Source of the DNA: a virus
Lineage: Duplodnaviria; Caudoviricetes
Virus record (IMG/VR): IMGVR_UViG_2974528200_000001
Span: 1-64,000 of that record
DNA length: 64,000 bases
Direction: 5' to 3' (one strand)
A program made the translations under genes and the position numbers. Under the pieces are notes generated by a model. The model saw nothing but the letters and a program-made list of their open reading frames with translations. It did no database searches and was not told the DNA's origin. Positions within the stretch are counted from its first letter, which is position 1. Every line of letters begins with the position of its first letter. Shown here piece after piece: positions 19,501 through 29,098 of the stretch.

Positions 19501-22500
19501 AGGCGTACTTCGCCCGATCGATTTCGCGCGCACAGACTTTCGGCAGCATCCTTGCTGGCCTCGGTGGCGTCATCAAGGAACTCTTCGGGGCCACCTCCAC
19601 CATGGGCCTGAACTCGCTGACCCACCTTGATGCCAAGATCAAGGGTTGGCGCGACGACCTCACCAGCACGGAGGGCCAGAACTCCACGCGCGAGTTCTTC
19701 ATGACGACCCGTGCCATGCTGTCCGGTGTCGCCGATATGGCGGGCGCGGTCGGCACGATCATCGCCAACGACATCGTCCCGGCCCTCGAGGTCGTCCACG
19801 ACATCCTGGCCCCGATCATCGGCCTGATCACCACGGGCAGCAAGTTCATCAGCGAGCAGACCCCGATCATCCGAACCCTGCTGTCGGTTTACCTCGGCTT
19901 CCGAATCCTCAAGGGTACCTTCGGGCTTCTGGTTGCCGGCCTCGGCAAGGTCGGCATCCAGGTGTCGTCGCAAACCGGTGCTGTCGGGCTGCTTACGCGG
20001 GCATGGCAGGGCGCTACCGGCGCACTGAACGGCTACATGGGCCGTGCAGCCCTGGCGGCTGGTCTTAACACCAAGATGGCCGCTGGTGCCGCGGCGACCC
20101 TTGCCACTGGCAAGGCTGCTGAAGGTACCGCCAAGAAGGCCGGCATGCTCACCACCGCGGCCACCAAGAGCAAGGCGATGTGGGCCAACCTGCTCGGCTT
20201 CGTGGGCGGTCCTGCCGGCGCAGTCATCGCCGGCGTGGCTGTCAGCCTGATGGCATGGCACGACGCCAGCAACAAGGTCTCCGAGGCTAATAAGCGCCTC
20301 GAGGAGACCTCCAACAAGGCGTGGAAGGCCAGCCTGCGCCTGAACGACTCGATCGTCAAGAGCCGTGGTGAGCGTTCGCCTGAGACCCTGACTGCGGCGA
20401 CCGAGCAGGTCGAAGCGCTGATGCAGGAGTGGCAGGTTCTCGAGGAGTCCGCGTCGGGCTTCTGGAGCAAGTTCGGTGGCGGTGTCGCTGAGGTGTTCAC
20501 CCTCGGCAAGTCCAACACGCTCAACGACCAACTCAACATCGACCAGCAGGCCAAGGCGTGGCGTCCCTACCTCAAGGTCCTCCAGGATCTGAAGCTCAAC
20601 GCCGAGGACGTCGGCCTGGCCATCTCGGGCACCGACGACGACTGGGCCCGTTTCGCCGACAAGCTGAAGACTGCCGGCACCGAGGGTGAGCGGGCTGCAC
20701 GCTACTTCGGCGTCATGCGTGGAGAGATCAAGTACCAGGAAGATGCGATCAAGTCGATCGAGCCTGGCTACCTCGACCTGCAGGATGCCCTGAAGACGCT
20801 GGCCGACACCGCATCCAGCACCGCGGACAAGTTCGACGCCCTTCAGCGCGCATTCCGGGCCCTCATTCCCGGCCAGGAAGGTCGTGACAACCTCAAGGCA
20901 TTCGGCAAGGAACTGGCCGACCTGGATAGCCAGGTGGACTCGATCAAGCCCGACGGCGGCTACGGTTCCGAGCTGCTCAAGAATGGCGACCTGGACCTGA
21001 ACAAGGCCAACGCCGGCGTCCTCGACGATGCCATCCAGCGTGGTCGTGACCTCATCGGCAAGATGGAGCTCGAGGGCCAGGACACCACCGAGGCGTGGGA
21101 CCTGTGGACCACGAAGATCCGCGTGCTCGGCCAAGCTGCCGGGATCGTCGGCAGCGACATGGACACCCTCCTTGAGAAGCTGTACGCCACGCCGGATCGT
21201 GTGGATTCCATTGTCGCCGTTCAGGGTATCGACAAGGCCGGTCGGGATCTGGTTGCACTGCGCGCCAAGTTCTCCGACCTCAAGCCCGGTGAGGAGCAGA
21301 CCTACGAGGTCAAGCTCGAGGGCGGCGAAGAGTCGATCGAGGCGCTCGAGCGGTTTGGTGCCGAGGTTAAGCCGCTGCTCAACGGCAACCATGAGATCAC
21401 CATGGACTTCGAGTCCTTCAACAACAACATGGGTGCCACGGTCGCCAAGATTCAGGCATTCAGCTTGATCAAGGCTCAGGCCACCGTTGACCTCAACACC
21501 AACAGCCTGAAGCTCAATGCTGACCAGGCCAACAACATCCTCGGCATCCTCGACAAGTATCAGGCTGATCCTGTTGCAGGCCTGCTCATCGGCATGCTGC
21601 AGAACAAGAAGGGCCTCGCCCTTGATGAGCTCGATCGTCTCGGGCGTGAAGAGACGATGCCGGTCGTCGATGCCAACATCGACCCCCTCACCACCAAGAT
21701 CGAGGAAGCTCGGAAGCAGATCACCGATCTGGCCAGCCCGTTCGGTTACGTCAGCCGCATCTACGGCAAGAATCCCGACGGCTCCGACCCGACGACCGAG
21801 CAGGTTCTCAAGCGCATCGAGGATGCCAAGAAGGAGGAGGAAGCCAACCGGATCCCGGCTGGAACTCCTGGCGTCCTGACCCCCGGCGACTTCGCTGCCG
21901 AGGAGAAGAAGAAGAAGGTCCCCGGCAACTACCGCGGTGGTCGCCTGCCGGCGTTCGCGTTCGGTGGCCGCATGCCCACTTCGGGCCCCGGCTCGGAGAA
22001 GCGTGACGGCTTCCTCGCTGTCGGCCCGGATGGTAAGCCTGTTGCTCGAGTCGACGGTGGCGAGTGGATCATCAACTCGCAGGCGTCCTCCCAGTGGGAT
22101 TGGCTGCTGTCGGCCATCAACTCCGGCCAGCTCCGCGGTTTCGCCACGGGCGGCAAGCTCGGCGGTGGCATGGGCATGCTCCAGCAGGTTGGCTCGACGA
22201 TCTCGAGCGCTGCTTCGGGCATGATCGAACCTGCCATCGGTGCGGTCACCACCGCCATGAGCCAGCTGGGCACCCAGTTCCCGCAGATCGCGCAGAACCA
22301 GGTCGCCCCGGCATGGCAGAACATGGCCACCCTGCTGAACACCGCCAAGCAGACGGTCCTCGACCCGATGTTCAACGGCGTCCAGAAGCACCTGACCGAC
22401 ATGGGTGTCGACTTCACCGCAGCTGCTGCGCTGGTCAAACCGACGTGGGTCAACCTGACCAGCCAGATCATGGCAGCCAAGACTGACACCATCGATCCGG

Positions 22501-25052
22501 CCTTCGCTGGCATCCAGGGTGGCCTGTCGACGGTCCAGGGTGCCTTCGGTACCGCAGTCCCGGCCATCGCATCGCTGTGGAACGGAATGCGTGCTGCGAC
22601 AGCCGATCCCGTGCGATTCACCATCAACACCGTCTTCAACGACGGCCTGGTGGGCATGTGGAACTCGGTCGCCGACATGATCGGTGCCAAGAAGATGACG
22701 CCCTACGTCGCGAAGTTCGCGAAGGGTGGTGTGCTGCCGGGTTACACGCCTGGCCGTGACGTGCATCGCTTCGTCTCGCCGACCGCGGGTGAACTCCACC
22801 TGTCCGGCGGCGAGGCCATCATGCGCCCCGAGTGGGTTCGCGCACAGGGTGGCCCCGCAGCCATCGAGCAGATGAACCGTGACGCCCGTCTGGGCCGCGC
22901 CGGCACCAACGAGCCGGGTCACTACGCCAACGGCTCGAGTGGCCTGGCCATCGGTTACGGCGTCGCTCCGGGCTCGAGCATCAGCTACGGTGCTGCAGGC
23001 TTCCCCGGTTGGGTCTACAAGCTCGCCCAGTCCTTCGGTGTGCAGGCGTCGACCTACCCTGGCCACCAGGAAGGCAACCGTAACGAGGCCGGTTACGCAC
23101 CGAACCCGCAGGGACTCAACCGCGGCATCGACTGGTCGGGCCCGGTCCCGAACATGCAGCGCATGGCCGAGTACCTGCTCGGCATCGCACCGCGGACCCC
23201 GGCTCTCGAGCAGATCATCTGGCAGAACCCGGAGACCGGTCAGCGCATCGGCTGGGCCGGTCGTAGCCCCGACATCAGCGGTGCGTACTTCGCCAACGAC
23301 TACGCCGGCCACCAGGACCACGTCCACACCCGTCAGAGCGGCCCGCTCATGCCTGGCATGAAGGGCGCTGCGATCGTCGGCATGCTCGGTCGTGCCGCGA
23401 TGGACATGGGCTCGGTCATCCGCGGCATGTTCGATCCGGAGTACCAGGCCATCAAGGGCAAGATCGCCAAGGCCGGCTTCGGCGGCAGCATGATGGGCGA
23501 ACTTCCGAGCAAGACCTTCGAGGCCATGTACAAGAGCATGTCCGACAAGGCCATCAAGCTCGCCAACGAGTCGGGCCTCTACGGTGGTCCGCCGATCGCA
23601 CCGGGCGGCAGTGTCGAGCGTTGGCGTCCAATGGTCATCGCTGCACTGCGCCGCAACGGTTTCGAGCCGAGCCGACGCAACCAGGACCTCATGCTGGCTC
23701 AAATCCAGTCGGAGTCGGGCGGCAACCCCGGCGCAGTCCAGGGTGTGGTCGACGTCAACTCGGGCGGCAACGAGGCTGTCGGCCTGCTGCAGATCGCCAA
23801 GGGCACTTGGCCTGGCGTTCGCGACCCCAGCCTCCCGGATGATCGAACCGACCCGTGGGCCAACATGAACGCCGCGCTGCGCTACTACCGCGGCAAGTAC
23901 GGCGACGACCTCGGCACCATGTGGGGCAAGGGCCACGGCTACGACCAGGGTGGCATCTTCGAGCACGGCACCTTCGGCTGGAACGCCTCGGGCAAGCCCG
24001 AAGCCGTCTTCACCAACCCTGAGTGGAAGCTGCTCGCCGACCTGGTCGAGGCACTGAAGGGTGCCAAGAAGGCCGGTGCGTTCGTCCAGGAGCCCGCAGT
24101 CAAGGGTGTGGCACCCCAGGTCGCCCCGGAGAAGCTCCAGTGGACCCCGCCGGCAGAGGACGACGCCGAGGGTGACGCGGAGAATGCCTCGAAGATCGAG
24201 TACACCCCGGCTAAGATTGATCCAGAGACCAGTCTGCCCTACGACGTGGACACCCTCAGTGGTGTCCCGCTCGACCCGAAGACGGGTAAGCCTTTCGAGG
24301 TCGACCCGGTCACAAAGAAGCCGATCACCAAGGGCGACAACGGGCTATACATCGACCCGGAGACCGGTAAGCCGTTCTACGGTTCGGACGCCGAGCGCCT
24401 CGAGGTCAAGCGCATCCAGTCGGAAGACACCTTCACCTTCGAGAACAACGCCGACGAGCTCGGCTACAAGAAGGACTGGATCGACGAGTACAACGGCCCC
24501 TTCTCTGATCCGCTCAAGAAGGGCAAGCTGATCGGTCAGCTTGGCCAGGCGCTGTCGAATCCGGGCGCATTCCAGCGCATCGGCAACGACAAGCTGATGA
24601 ACTCGCAGATCCAGACGGCCAAGGCACGTCAGGACGAGTACGAGCTCTACAAGAGTGACCAAGCTGCTCGCATCAACGAGCTTCGAGCAGAAGGCAAGAC
24701 CGAAGAGGCCAAGGCCCTCGAGGCTGAGGCGCGCGCCAAGATGGACGGCATGGCCGAGATGCCTGGCACCTCTCCGGGCACCCAGGCCATGCTCGCCACG
24801 ATGCAGGAGAACCCCGGCGAACAGTGGCGTCGCGAGTCTGCAGATCAGTGGAAGCAGTGGGCCAGTGAGAACTGGGCTGGTGTCGCTGAATCTGTCGTCG
24901 CCGCGGGTGCCATGGGTGCTCACAACTCGGGTGTCGGCCAGATCGCCGGCACGGTCAACATCAACACCACCGACCTGAGCGGAGCATTCCGAGAGATGGA
25001 TCGTCGTTCGAAGCGTGCATCGCGCGCCAATTCCCGTGTCGTGCGGAGGTGA
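16533..25052 (+). CDS. Tape measure protein with peptidase-like and lytic transglycosylase domains
   Basis: ~2,840 aa; GTG after AAGGAG; H...D...HxH (HQDHVH) region; SLT motif QSESGGNP..GLLQI. Confidence 0.93.
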   Translation: MAINKRYQAGTAWIKVAPDFRGWTKDLANQVEKSSEKLTARVELETSDARASLREFERQNAKILAEVGLDKSSLAKVRAELAGLHDHKRKVMIRTELDNTDVRRKLHEIGTEKAIQFATQADIKLNPKSVTKNFDRIQKDFAEKTSAGFKVDSKAMADSLESALKLDKTQNDIAKVRKELKALNKVEDEYEKKRQAYGRGDIKDWDEAVRLAETYQDHQKQIGAAQKRLNKYTRSQRELQKKLNKDLEVTRELSNLNGKGLDTAGADSEHRKMVQQMADRREAIADTEKRLARYTKKQKEFQDQLARYQRNEISFDDVEKLGDAWEKNEKRIAKARERLTQYNAAQILTQKRINDDLKQAEAMQARTAEADRNRRPTLQSSDGDKGRVIDRLRTGVGNTKVANSKLEEDIVALRNATQSARQLDSAVHTLETSHLNLSKAEREVIASEMEINNLRSKGNISSENAQRALERHTRALHAYTQTERQTIKASQAVALLRDNYNRFATKVQERINLNPIRRFGDTLDNNIARQFSKLGDRLLFTGRLISSIGSIGMASAVGLAALAAVNMAPAIGSLSQMVGVLGLIPGLAASAGAALAAISIGVSGIGGAFKAANKLSEAVGTGNNSGAGSRAARSAQRDLEKANKAAAKTAVQGARSIADAEKGIQRAQKASVDAQKNLTKARKEAQRQNEELKESIRDMAMEEEDAALSVEEARQRLGEVLRDPESTATERKRADLSYRQALEQQRDLRREHGKTKEEFADAQRKGVEGSDAVVDAQEQVKEAAEGVIEAQESLVQAQQDAADANAEAMERVTEAQENLAVALNGGAGNADAAAKAAEEYRKELDKLAPSARGFVEYIYGMKDSWDELRKSVQQKLFSGLVDDIEVLRVRGFNVLKGGLTDIAAGLNQGERHFLTYLSTARGMGNLDGILQNTASSAGSFSRALSNGLQALLSMSEVGTEFMPWFGRSLEDTTRKWRTMAENAQDTGTMEAYFARSISRAQTFGSILAGLGGVIKELFGATSTMGLNSLTHLDAKIKGWRDDLTSTEGQNSTREFFMTTRAMLSGVADMAGAVGTIIANDIVPALEVVHDILAPIIGLITTGSKFISEQTPIIRTLLSVYLGFRILKGTFGLLVAGLGKVGIQVSSQTGAVGLLTRAWQGATGALNGYMGRAALAAGLNTKMAAGAAATLATGKAAEGTAKKAGMLTTAATKSKAMWANLLGFVGGPAGAVIAGVAVSLMAWHDASNKVSEANKRLEETSNKAWKASLRLNDSIVKSRGERSPETLTAATEQVEALMQEWQVLEESASGFWSKFGGGVAEVFTLGKSNTLNDQLNIDQQAKAWRPYLKVLQDLKLNAEDVGLAISGTDDDWARFADKLKTAGTEGERAARYFGVMRGEIKYQEDAIKSIEPGYLDLQDALKTLADTASSTADKFDALQRAFRALIPGQEGRDNLKAFGKELADLDSQVDSIKPDGGYGSELLKNGDLDLNKANAGVLDDAIQRGRDLIGKMELEGQDTTEAWDLWTTKIRVLGQAAGIVGSDMDTLLEKLYATPDRVDSIVAVQGIDKAGRDLVALRAKFSDLKPGEEQTYEVKLEGGEESIEALERFGAEVKPLLNGNHEITMDFESFNNNMGATVAKIQAFSLIKAQATVDLNTNSLKLNADQANNILGILDKYQADPVAGLLIGMLQNKKGLALDELDRLGREETMPVVDANIDPLTTKIEEARKQITDLASPFGYVSRIYGKNPDGSDPTTEQVLKRIEDAKKEEEANRIPAGTPGVLTPGDFAAEEKKKKVPGNYRGGRLPAFAFGGRMPTSGPGSEKRDGFLAVGPDGKPVARVDGGEWIINSQASSQWDWLLSAINSGQLRGFATGGKLGGGMGMLQQVGSTISSAASGMIEPAIGAVTTAMSQLGTQFPQIAQNQVAPAWQNMATLLNTAKQTVLDPMFNGVQKHLTDMGVDFTAAAALVKPTWVNLTSQIMAAKTDTIDPAFAGIQGGLSTVQGAFGTAVPAIASLWNGMRAATADPVRFTINTVFNDGLVGMWNSVADMIGAKKMTPYVAKFAKGGVLPGYTPGRDVHRFVSPTAGELHLSGGEAIMRPEWVRAQGGPAAIEQMNRDARLGRAGTNEPGHYANGSSGLAIGYGVAPGSSISYGAAGFPGWVYKLAQSFGVQASTYPGHQEGNRNEAGYAPNPQGLNRGIDWSGPVPNMQRMAEYLLGIAPRTPALEQIIWQNPETGQRIGWAGRSPDISGAYFANDYAGHQDHVHTRQSGPLMPGMKGAAIVGMLGRAAMDMGSVIRGMFDPEYQAIKGKIAKAGFGGSMMGELPSKTFEAMYKSMSDKAIKLANESGLYGGPPIAPGGSVERWRPMVIAALRRNGFEPSRRNQDLMLAQIQSESGGNPGAVQGVVDVNSGGNEAVGLLQIAKGTWPGVRDPSLPDDRTDPWANMNAALRYYRGKYGDDLGTMWGKGHGYDQGGIFEHGTFGWNASGKPEAVFTNPEWKLLADLVEALKGAKKAGAFVQEPAVKGVAPQVAPEKLQWTPPAEDDAEGDAENASKIEYTPAKIDPETSLPYDVDTLSGVPLDPKTGKPFEVDPVTKKPITKGDNGLYIDPETGKPFYGSDAERLEVKRIQSEDTFTFENNADELGYKKDWIDEYNGPFSDPLKKGKLIGQLGQALSNPGAFQRIGNDKLMNSQIQTAKARQDEYELYKSDQAARINELRAEGKTEEAKALEAEARAKMDGMAEMPGTSPGTQAMLATMQENPGEQWRRESADQWKQWASENWAGVAESVVAAGAMGAHNSGVGQIAGTVNINTTDLSGAFREMDRRSKRASRANSRVVRR

Positions 25053-25053
25053 C

Positions 25054-25935
25054 ATGAAGAACTTCAATGAAGAGCTGTTCCTTCGTGATCGCCGTACCAA
25101 GGTGATCTACTTCGACATCAACGGCCACGTCTGGCATCTGTCCGGTTTCGGACAGGGCGCCGAGGGGGCAACCCTCGGTGTCGAGCCGGACAACCTCTAC
25201 ATGATCGACTCCGAGCTGCTGTGGACCGAGGGCGCGCGCCAGGACGGTGCGAGCTACGAGGGCACGGTCATCGCTCGTCGTGAGATCGACTTCGAGATCC
25301 AGATTGCCGGGTCGTCGGTTCGCAGCTTCCACATGATCAACGACAAGTGGTGGCGCGGATGGTCGACCCGCATCCCCGGCGTTCTCGCGTTCTACACCCG
25401 CGAAGGTGGGTGGCGGTGGACTCGAGTTCGCCTGGCCGGCAACGTGGATCCGAAGTGGGGCAAGGACCCGGCACTGATCAAGGCATGCGACTACGACATG
25501 ACGATCGCCGCCGATGACGCCATGTTCCGGTCGGCCATGGAGCTCGGTTACTGGAAGAACGAGGGCAACACCGGCAACGGCTCGATCCTGCTGAAGAACA
25601 CCGCGGACCACCCTGCCTACCCCGAGTACGTCATGCCCGGTCCGGGTCTGTACTCCATCCAGGACGGCCCGGACGGCGACATGATCCCGCTGACCCAGTT
25701 GAAGGCCGGCCAGACGCTCAAGCTCAAGACGCACCGCGAGAAGCTCTCGCTGCGCGTCTATGACTCGACGACCGGCATTGATGGGCGCACGGCATGGAAG
25801 GGCTGGGGTACCAAGCGATTCCGGAACCACCTCGAGCCGCATTCGATGAACCGCATCAAGGTCTCCGTCACTGGCGGTAACGCAAATTCACAGGTGATGG
25901 CGCAGGTCTTTCCGCGCCATTACCGTCCTTTCTAA
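25054..25935 (+). CDS. Minor tail protein (distal tail-like)
   Basis: First gene after TMP; N..D..A.P motif. Confidence 0.8.
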   Translation: MKNFNEELFLRDRRTKVIYFDINGHVWHLSGFGQGAEGATLGVEPDNLYMIDSELLWTEGARQDGASYEGTVIARREIDFEIQIAGSSVRSFHMINDKWWRGWSTRIPGVLAFYTREGGWRWTRVRLAGNVDPKWGKDPALIKACDYDMTIAADDAMFRSAMELGYWKNEGNTGNGSILLKNTADHPAYPEYVMPGPGLYSIQDGPDGDMIPLTQLKAGQTLKLKTHREKLSLRVYDSTTGIDGRTAWKGWGTKRFRNHLEPHSMNRIKVSVTGGNANSQVMAQVFPRHYRPF

Positions 25936-25953
25936 TAGACAGCTGGACACAAT

Positions 25954-27642
25954 ATGGTTGAAGCACCCAGCAGCCATGCATCTGGCTGGAATCCGATCAA
26001 GGCCGCGGCCTACATGGACGACGTGGTCGACCGTGAAGCCAGCCGCATGCAGGATGGCCGACACGTAACGGTCCGCATCTTCGACAAGCTCTACGAACTG
26101 GCCGGATTCGCCAACGACTACATCGAGATCGAGTTCTCGATCGAACGCAACAAGGCCGGCGGGTTGTCGATGATCCTGCCTGGCGATTCCGAGATCCGGG
26201 ATCACCTGTTCAGCAACCCCGACGGTGCTGACGCGGTGGTCCCCATCGTCGTCGACACCCTCGGCGCGCAATGGACCGGACAGGTGACCGAGGCTTCCAT
26301 CGTCATTGACGAGGACGGCGTCGAGACCATCGAGATCAACGCGATCCACGACTGGGACTGGTGCTCGTCTGTGGCCATGTGGCCGTCGCCGTTCGCGCCG
26401 CTGATCGCGCAGTTCCCGAAGCGCATGATGGGAATTGGCCCGTCGCACACCGTCATTGCCACGTTCTACATGGCAAACCTGCTCCGGCTCCAGCTCCCGC
26501 TGTGGCGTATCCCGTCGCTGCAGGATCTGCTCAACCCGGCCAAGTGGTTCAACCTGGGCAACGCATTCTTCCCGGTGGCGTTCAAGCCGGTCAACACACT
26601 CGTCGACAAGACGAAGTGGTGTGCGGTCTCGGCACGCATGCAGATGGGCGACGAACTATTCGAGCAGGTGCTCAAGGATGGCGGTCTGTCGCTGACGGCC
26701 ACCCTGTTCATCCCCGGCGAGCACGAGCAGCCGTTCGGCCAGTGGCTCAAGCTCACCCGCCCGACCATCGTCCTCGACGTCGAAGACCACTCGGGTGTCA
26801 CGGGCCCGACCGGCACCGTTATCGACGGCATGCTGTGGTGGATCACCGAGCTCCTGGACGACGGCATCAGCGCGATTCTGACCAAGAACCCCGACCAGTC
26901 GGGCGTCAAGGGCGACCTGGTGCGCGATGACGCACTGGGCACCATCACCAACCTGCTGGGCTTCAAACAGGCTCGACCCAAGGCGATCTGGCTGGACGGC
27001 GAGTACAGCGGCATCCTCGACGGTCGCGTGGACATCCACAAGCCGATGTGTCGCGACGTCATCATCGGTGGCCGCAGCCCTGGCTGGGTGAACTCGGCGA
27101 TCGACATCGGCATCCAGCAGCTGCTGAACTTCGTGGGCATGTACCTGGGCGTCGGCGGCCTGTCGGCGCTCTATCAGGGTCAGCTGTCCGACGTCTTCAT
27201 GGCATGGCAGCGATTCACCGATGCAGGACGCTCCAAGCGCGCCGGCCCATACCTCAAGCACGAGCGGGTCTACGCCAACGGCTCGAGCGCCTACACGGTG
27301 TCCGGGCTCATGGAGGGCATGAGTGGGGTCTTCGATACCCGCGGCTACACCTCCAAGACCATCACCGTCCGTGACGGGGCACCGTTCCTGTACGGCGTCG
27401 ATGTCAGGGTCGGCGAGATCGTCGGCTTCGAGCTCGACGGCACGATCTGGACCGACTACCTGACCAAGGCAACCTTCCGTGACAGCCGAGAAGAGCGCTC
27501 GCACTGGGAGATGACCATCGGCGACGGCTCTGCAGAAGAGGCCGATGGAGTGAAGGCTCACCGGAAGCTGGCGACAGCATTCGGAATGATCAAGGACCTC
27601 GCCACCGATACCGGCGTCGACCTCGGGCTAGAGGTGTTCTGA
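25954..27642 (+). CDS. Minor tail protein (baseplate hub-like)
   Basis: Second gene after TMP; GGRSPGWVN motif. Confidence 0.82.
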   Translation: MVEAPSSHASGWNPIKAAAYMDDVVDREASRMQDGRHVTVRIFDKLYELAGFANDYIEIEFSIERNKAGGLSMILPGDSEIRDHLFSNPDGADAVVPIVVDTLGAQWTGQVTEASIVIDEDGVETIEINAIHDWDWCSSVAMWPSPFAPLIAQFPKRMMGIGPSHTVIATFYMANLLRLQLPLWRIPSLQDLLNPAKWFNLGNAFFPVAFKPVNTLVDKTKWCAVSARMQMGDELFEQVLKDGGLSLTATLFIPGEHEQPFGQWLKLTRPTIVLDVEDHSGVTGPTGTVIDGMLWWITELLDDGISAILTKNPDQSGVKGDLVRDDALGTITNLLGFKQARPKAIWLDGEYSGILDGRVDIHKPMCRDVIIGGRSPGWVNSAIDIGIQQLLNFVGMYLGVGGLSALYQGQLSDVFMAWQRFTDAGRSKRAGPYLKHERVYANGSSAYTVSGLMEGMSGVFDTRGYTSKTITVRDGAPFLYGVDVRVGEIVGFELDGTIWTDYLTKATFRDSREERSHWEMTIGDGSAEEADGVKAHRKLATAFGMIKDLATDTGVDLGLEVF

Positions 27643-27676
27643 TTGTCCATCTAGTGTCGAATGGTAGAGTAGATGA

Positions 27677-28441
27677 ATGTATGTCGTAAATCCCTGTAAG
27701 CAGTGCGGGGCCGATAGAAACTCGCTTGAGTCCACCGCCGACGCTGCGAAGACCTGTCAGCTATGTCGGCGTGCATATCAATACCGTAGGCGGAGTCAGA
27801 GAAAATGCTCCGTCGAGGGGTGCGCCAGGCTCTGTAACAACGTCAGGTTCTGCTACGTGCATGCCAGAGTACAGACCGAAGAGGCCCAAACCTGCAGCGT
27901 CAATGATTGCCTCAAGCGTGTTCAGGCGAAGGGGTTGTGCTCCTCGCACTATCAAGCCTCCCGCAGGGAGGCTGTTGCGAAGCGCCGTCGGCAGATCGGA
28001 TGCAGGGTCAGCGGATGCCCGAAGCCTCTCCTGGCAAAGGGCTTGTGCAAGTCACACTATGACGCCACGAGACGGGAGGAACTCCTCGAGGTGGAGCGCA
28101 GGTGGAGGCAGAAGAACCGGGATAAGGTCCGCGAGAAGATCCGCCGTCGCCAAGCCCGAAAACGGGAACTAGACGTGCGAGCAGTTGCTGACCGCGATCT
28201 GCTTCGCCTCCGAAACAGGCAACTTGGACGCTGCTTCTACTGTGACGACAGGTTGGCCGCAGGTCAAGAGCATGTCGACCACGTTGTCCCCATGTCCCGC
28301 GGTGGAAGACATTCCATCGGAAACCTGGTCATCGCCTGCGCGGGATGCAATTGCTCAAAGAGTGACTGGTTTCTCTACGAGTGGAAACTCAACCAAACCA
28401 CGGGTCGCCCTCTAATCAGGAGGTCACGCGCACCCGTCTAA
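27677..28441 (+). CDS. HNH endonuclease with repeated Cys/His zinc modules
   Basis: C.V.GC......KGLC..HY repeats; CFYC...DHVVP.SRGG....NLV.AC..CN.SK. Confidence 0.88.
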   Translation: MYVVNPCKQCGADRNSLESTADAAKTCQLCRRAYQYRRRSQRKCSVEGCARLCNNVRFCYVHARVQTEEAQTCSVNDCLKRVQAKGLCSSHYQASRREAVAKRRRQIGCRVSGCPKPLLAKGLCKSHYDATRREELLEVERRWRQKNRDKVREKIRRRQARKRELDVRAVADRDLLRLRNRQLGRCFYCDDRLAAGQEHVDHVVPMSRGGRHSIGNLVIACAGCNCSKSDWFLYEWKLNQTTGRPLIRRSRAPV

Positions 28442-28454
28442 TGTATACTTAGAG
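28436..28454. promoter_or_regulatory. Operator-like palindrome upstream of lysis cassette
   Basis: gtctaatgtatacttagag, one mismatch to the copy at 3626. Confidence 0.55.
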
Positions 28455-28465
28455 GAGACGCGACT

Positions 28466-29098
28466 ATGGGCGCAATCATCCTGCCCCACACGTATCACGC
28501 ACAGCAAAAGGGCTACACCTGCGGTCCGAGCACAGCGAAGGTGGTTCTGTCCACCTACGGCATCTCGGTCACCGAAGCCCAGATGGAACGCGAGTGCGGC
28601 ACCACGGTCGATGGAACCGGTGACGTTCGTCAGATCAACGACGTACTGACCCGCCGCACTGGCCGGCGCTACATCGCGAACTACATGCCAGCAGACCCGC
28701 CATCGCGGGCCCAGAAGGATCTATTCTGGGAGTGTGCGCTCGAGACCATCCGGGACTCGCGCCGCGGAATGCCGGTCAACGTTTGGGCTCCGGCCAATAA
28801 CCACCCACCTGGCTATCCGAATTATCTTGTCCAGCACTACATCACCGGGGTGGGGATCAACGAGGCCGAGCGCCTCATCTACATCTCAGATTCGGCGAGA
28901 TTCGGTGGCATCGAACACTACTGGATCGGTGCAGACCGCCTCTGCACCATGATCACCCCCAAGGGCTACGGCACTCTCGCCGAGCCGACGCCGCCGCCGT
29001 CGAAGAACTCCTTCGCCAACTTCACCGACGCCCAGATGCGTCTTGTCATCGCCGCCGCGCACCAGGTGGGTAATCCACACACAGGGAGCCTCGCATGA
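28466..29098 (+). CDS. Endolysin, C39-like cysteine peptidase
   Basis: QQ.GY.CGP (Cys), HY (His), ISDS (Asp). Confidence 0.82.
   Translation: MGAIILPHTYHAQQKGYTCGPSTAKVVLSTYGISVTEAQMERECGTTVDGTGDVRQINDVLTRRTGRRYIANYMPADPPSRAQKDLFWECALETIRDSRRGMPVNVWAPANNHPPGYPNYLVQHYITGVGINEAERLIYISDSARFGGIEHYWIGADRLCTMITPKGYGTLAEPTPPPSKNSFANFTDAQMRLVIAAAHQVGNPHTGSLA

Noticed and set aside
16782-23966. 2394-aa antisense ORF, and similar long antisense ORFs over terL, capsid and tail genes
   Set aside because: Shadow ORFs expected from high GC3 codon bias; no motifs or SD.
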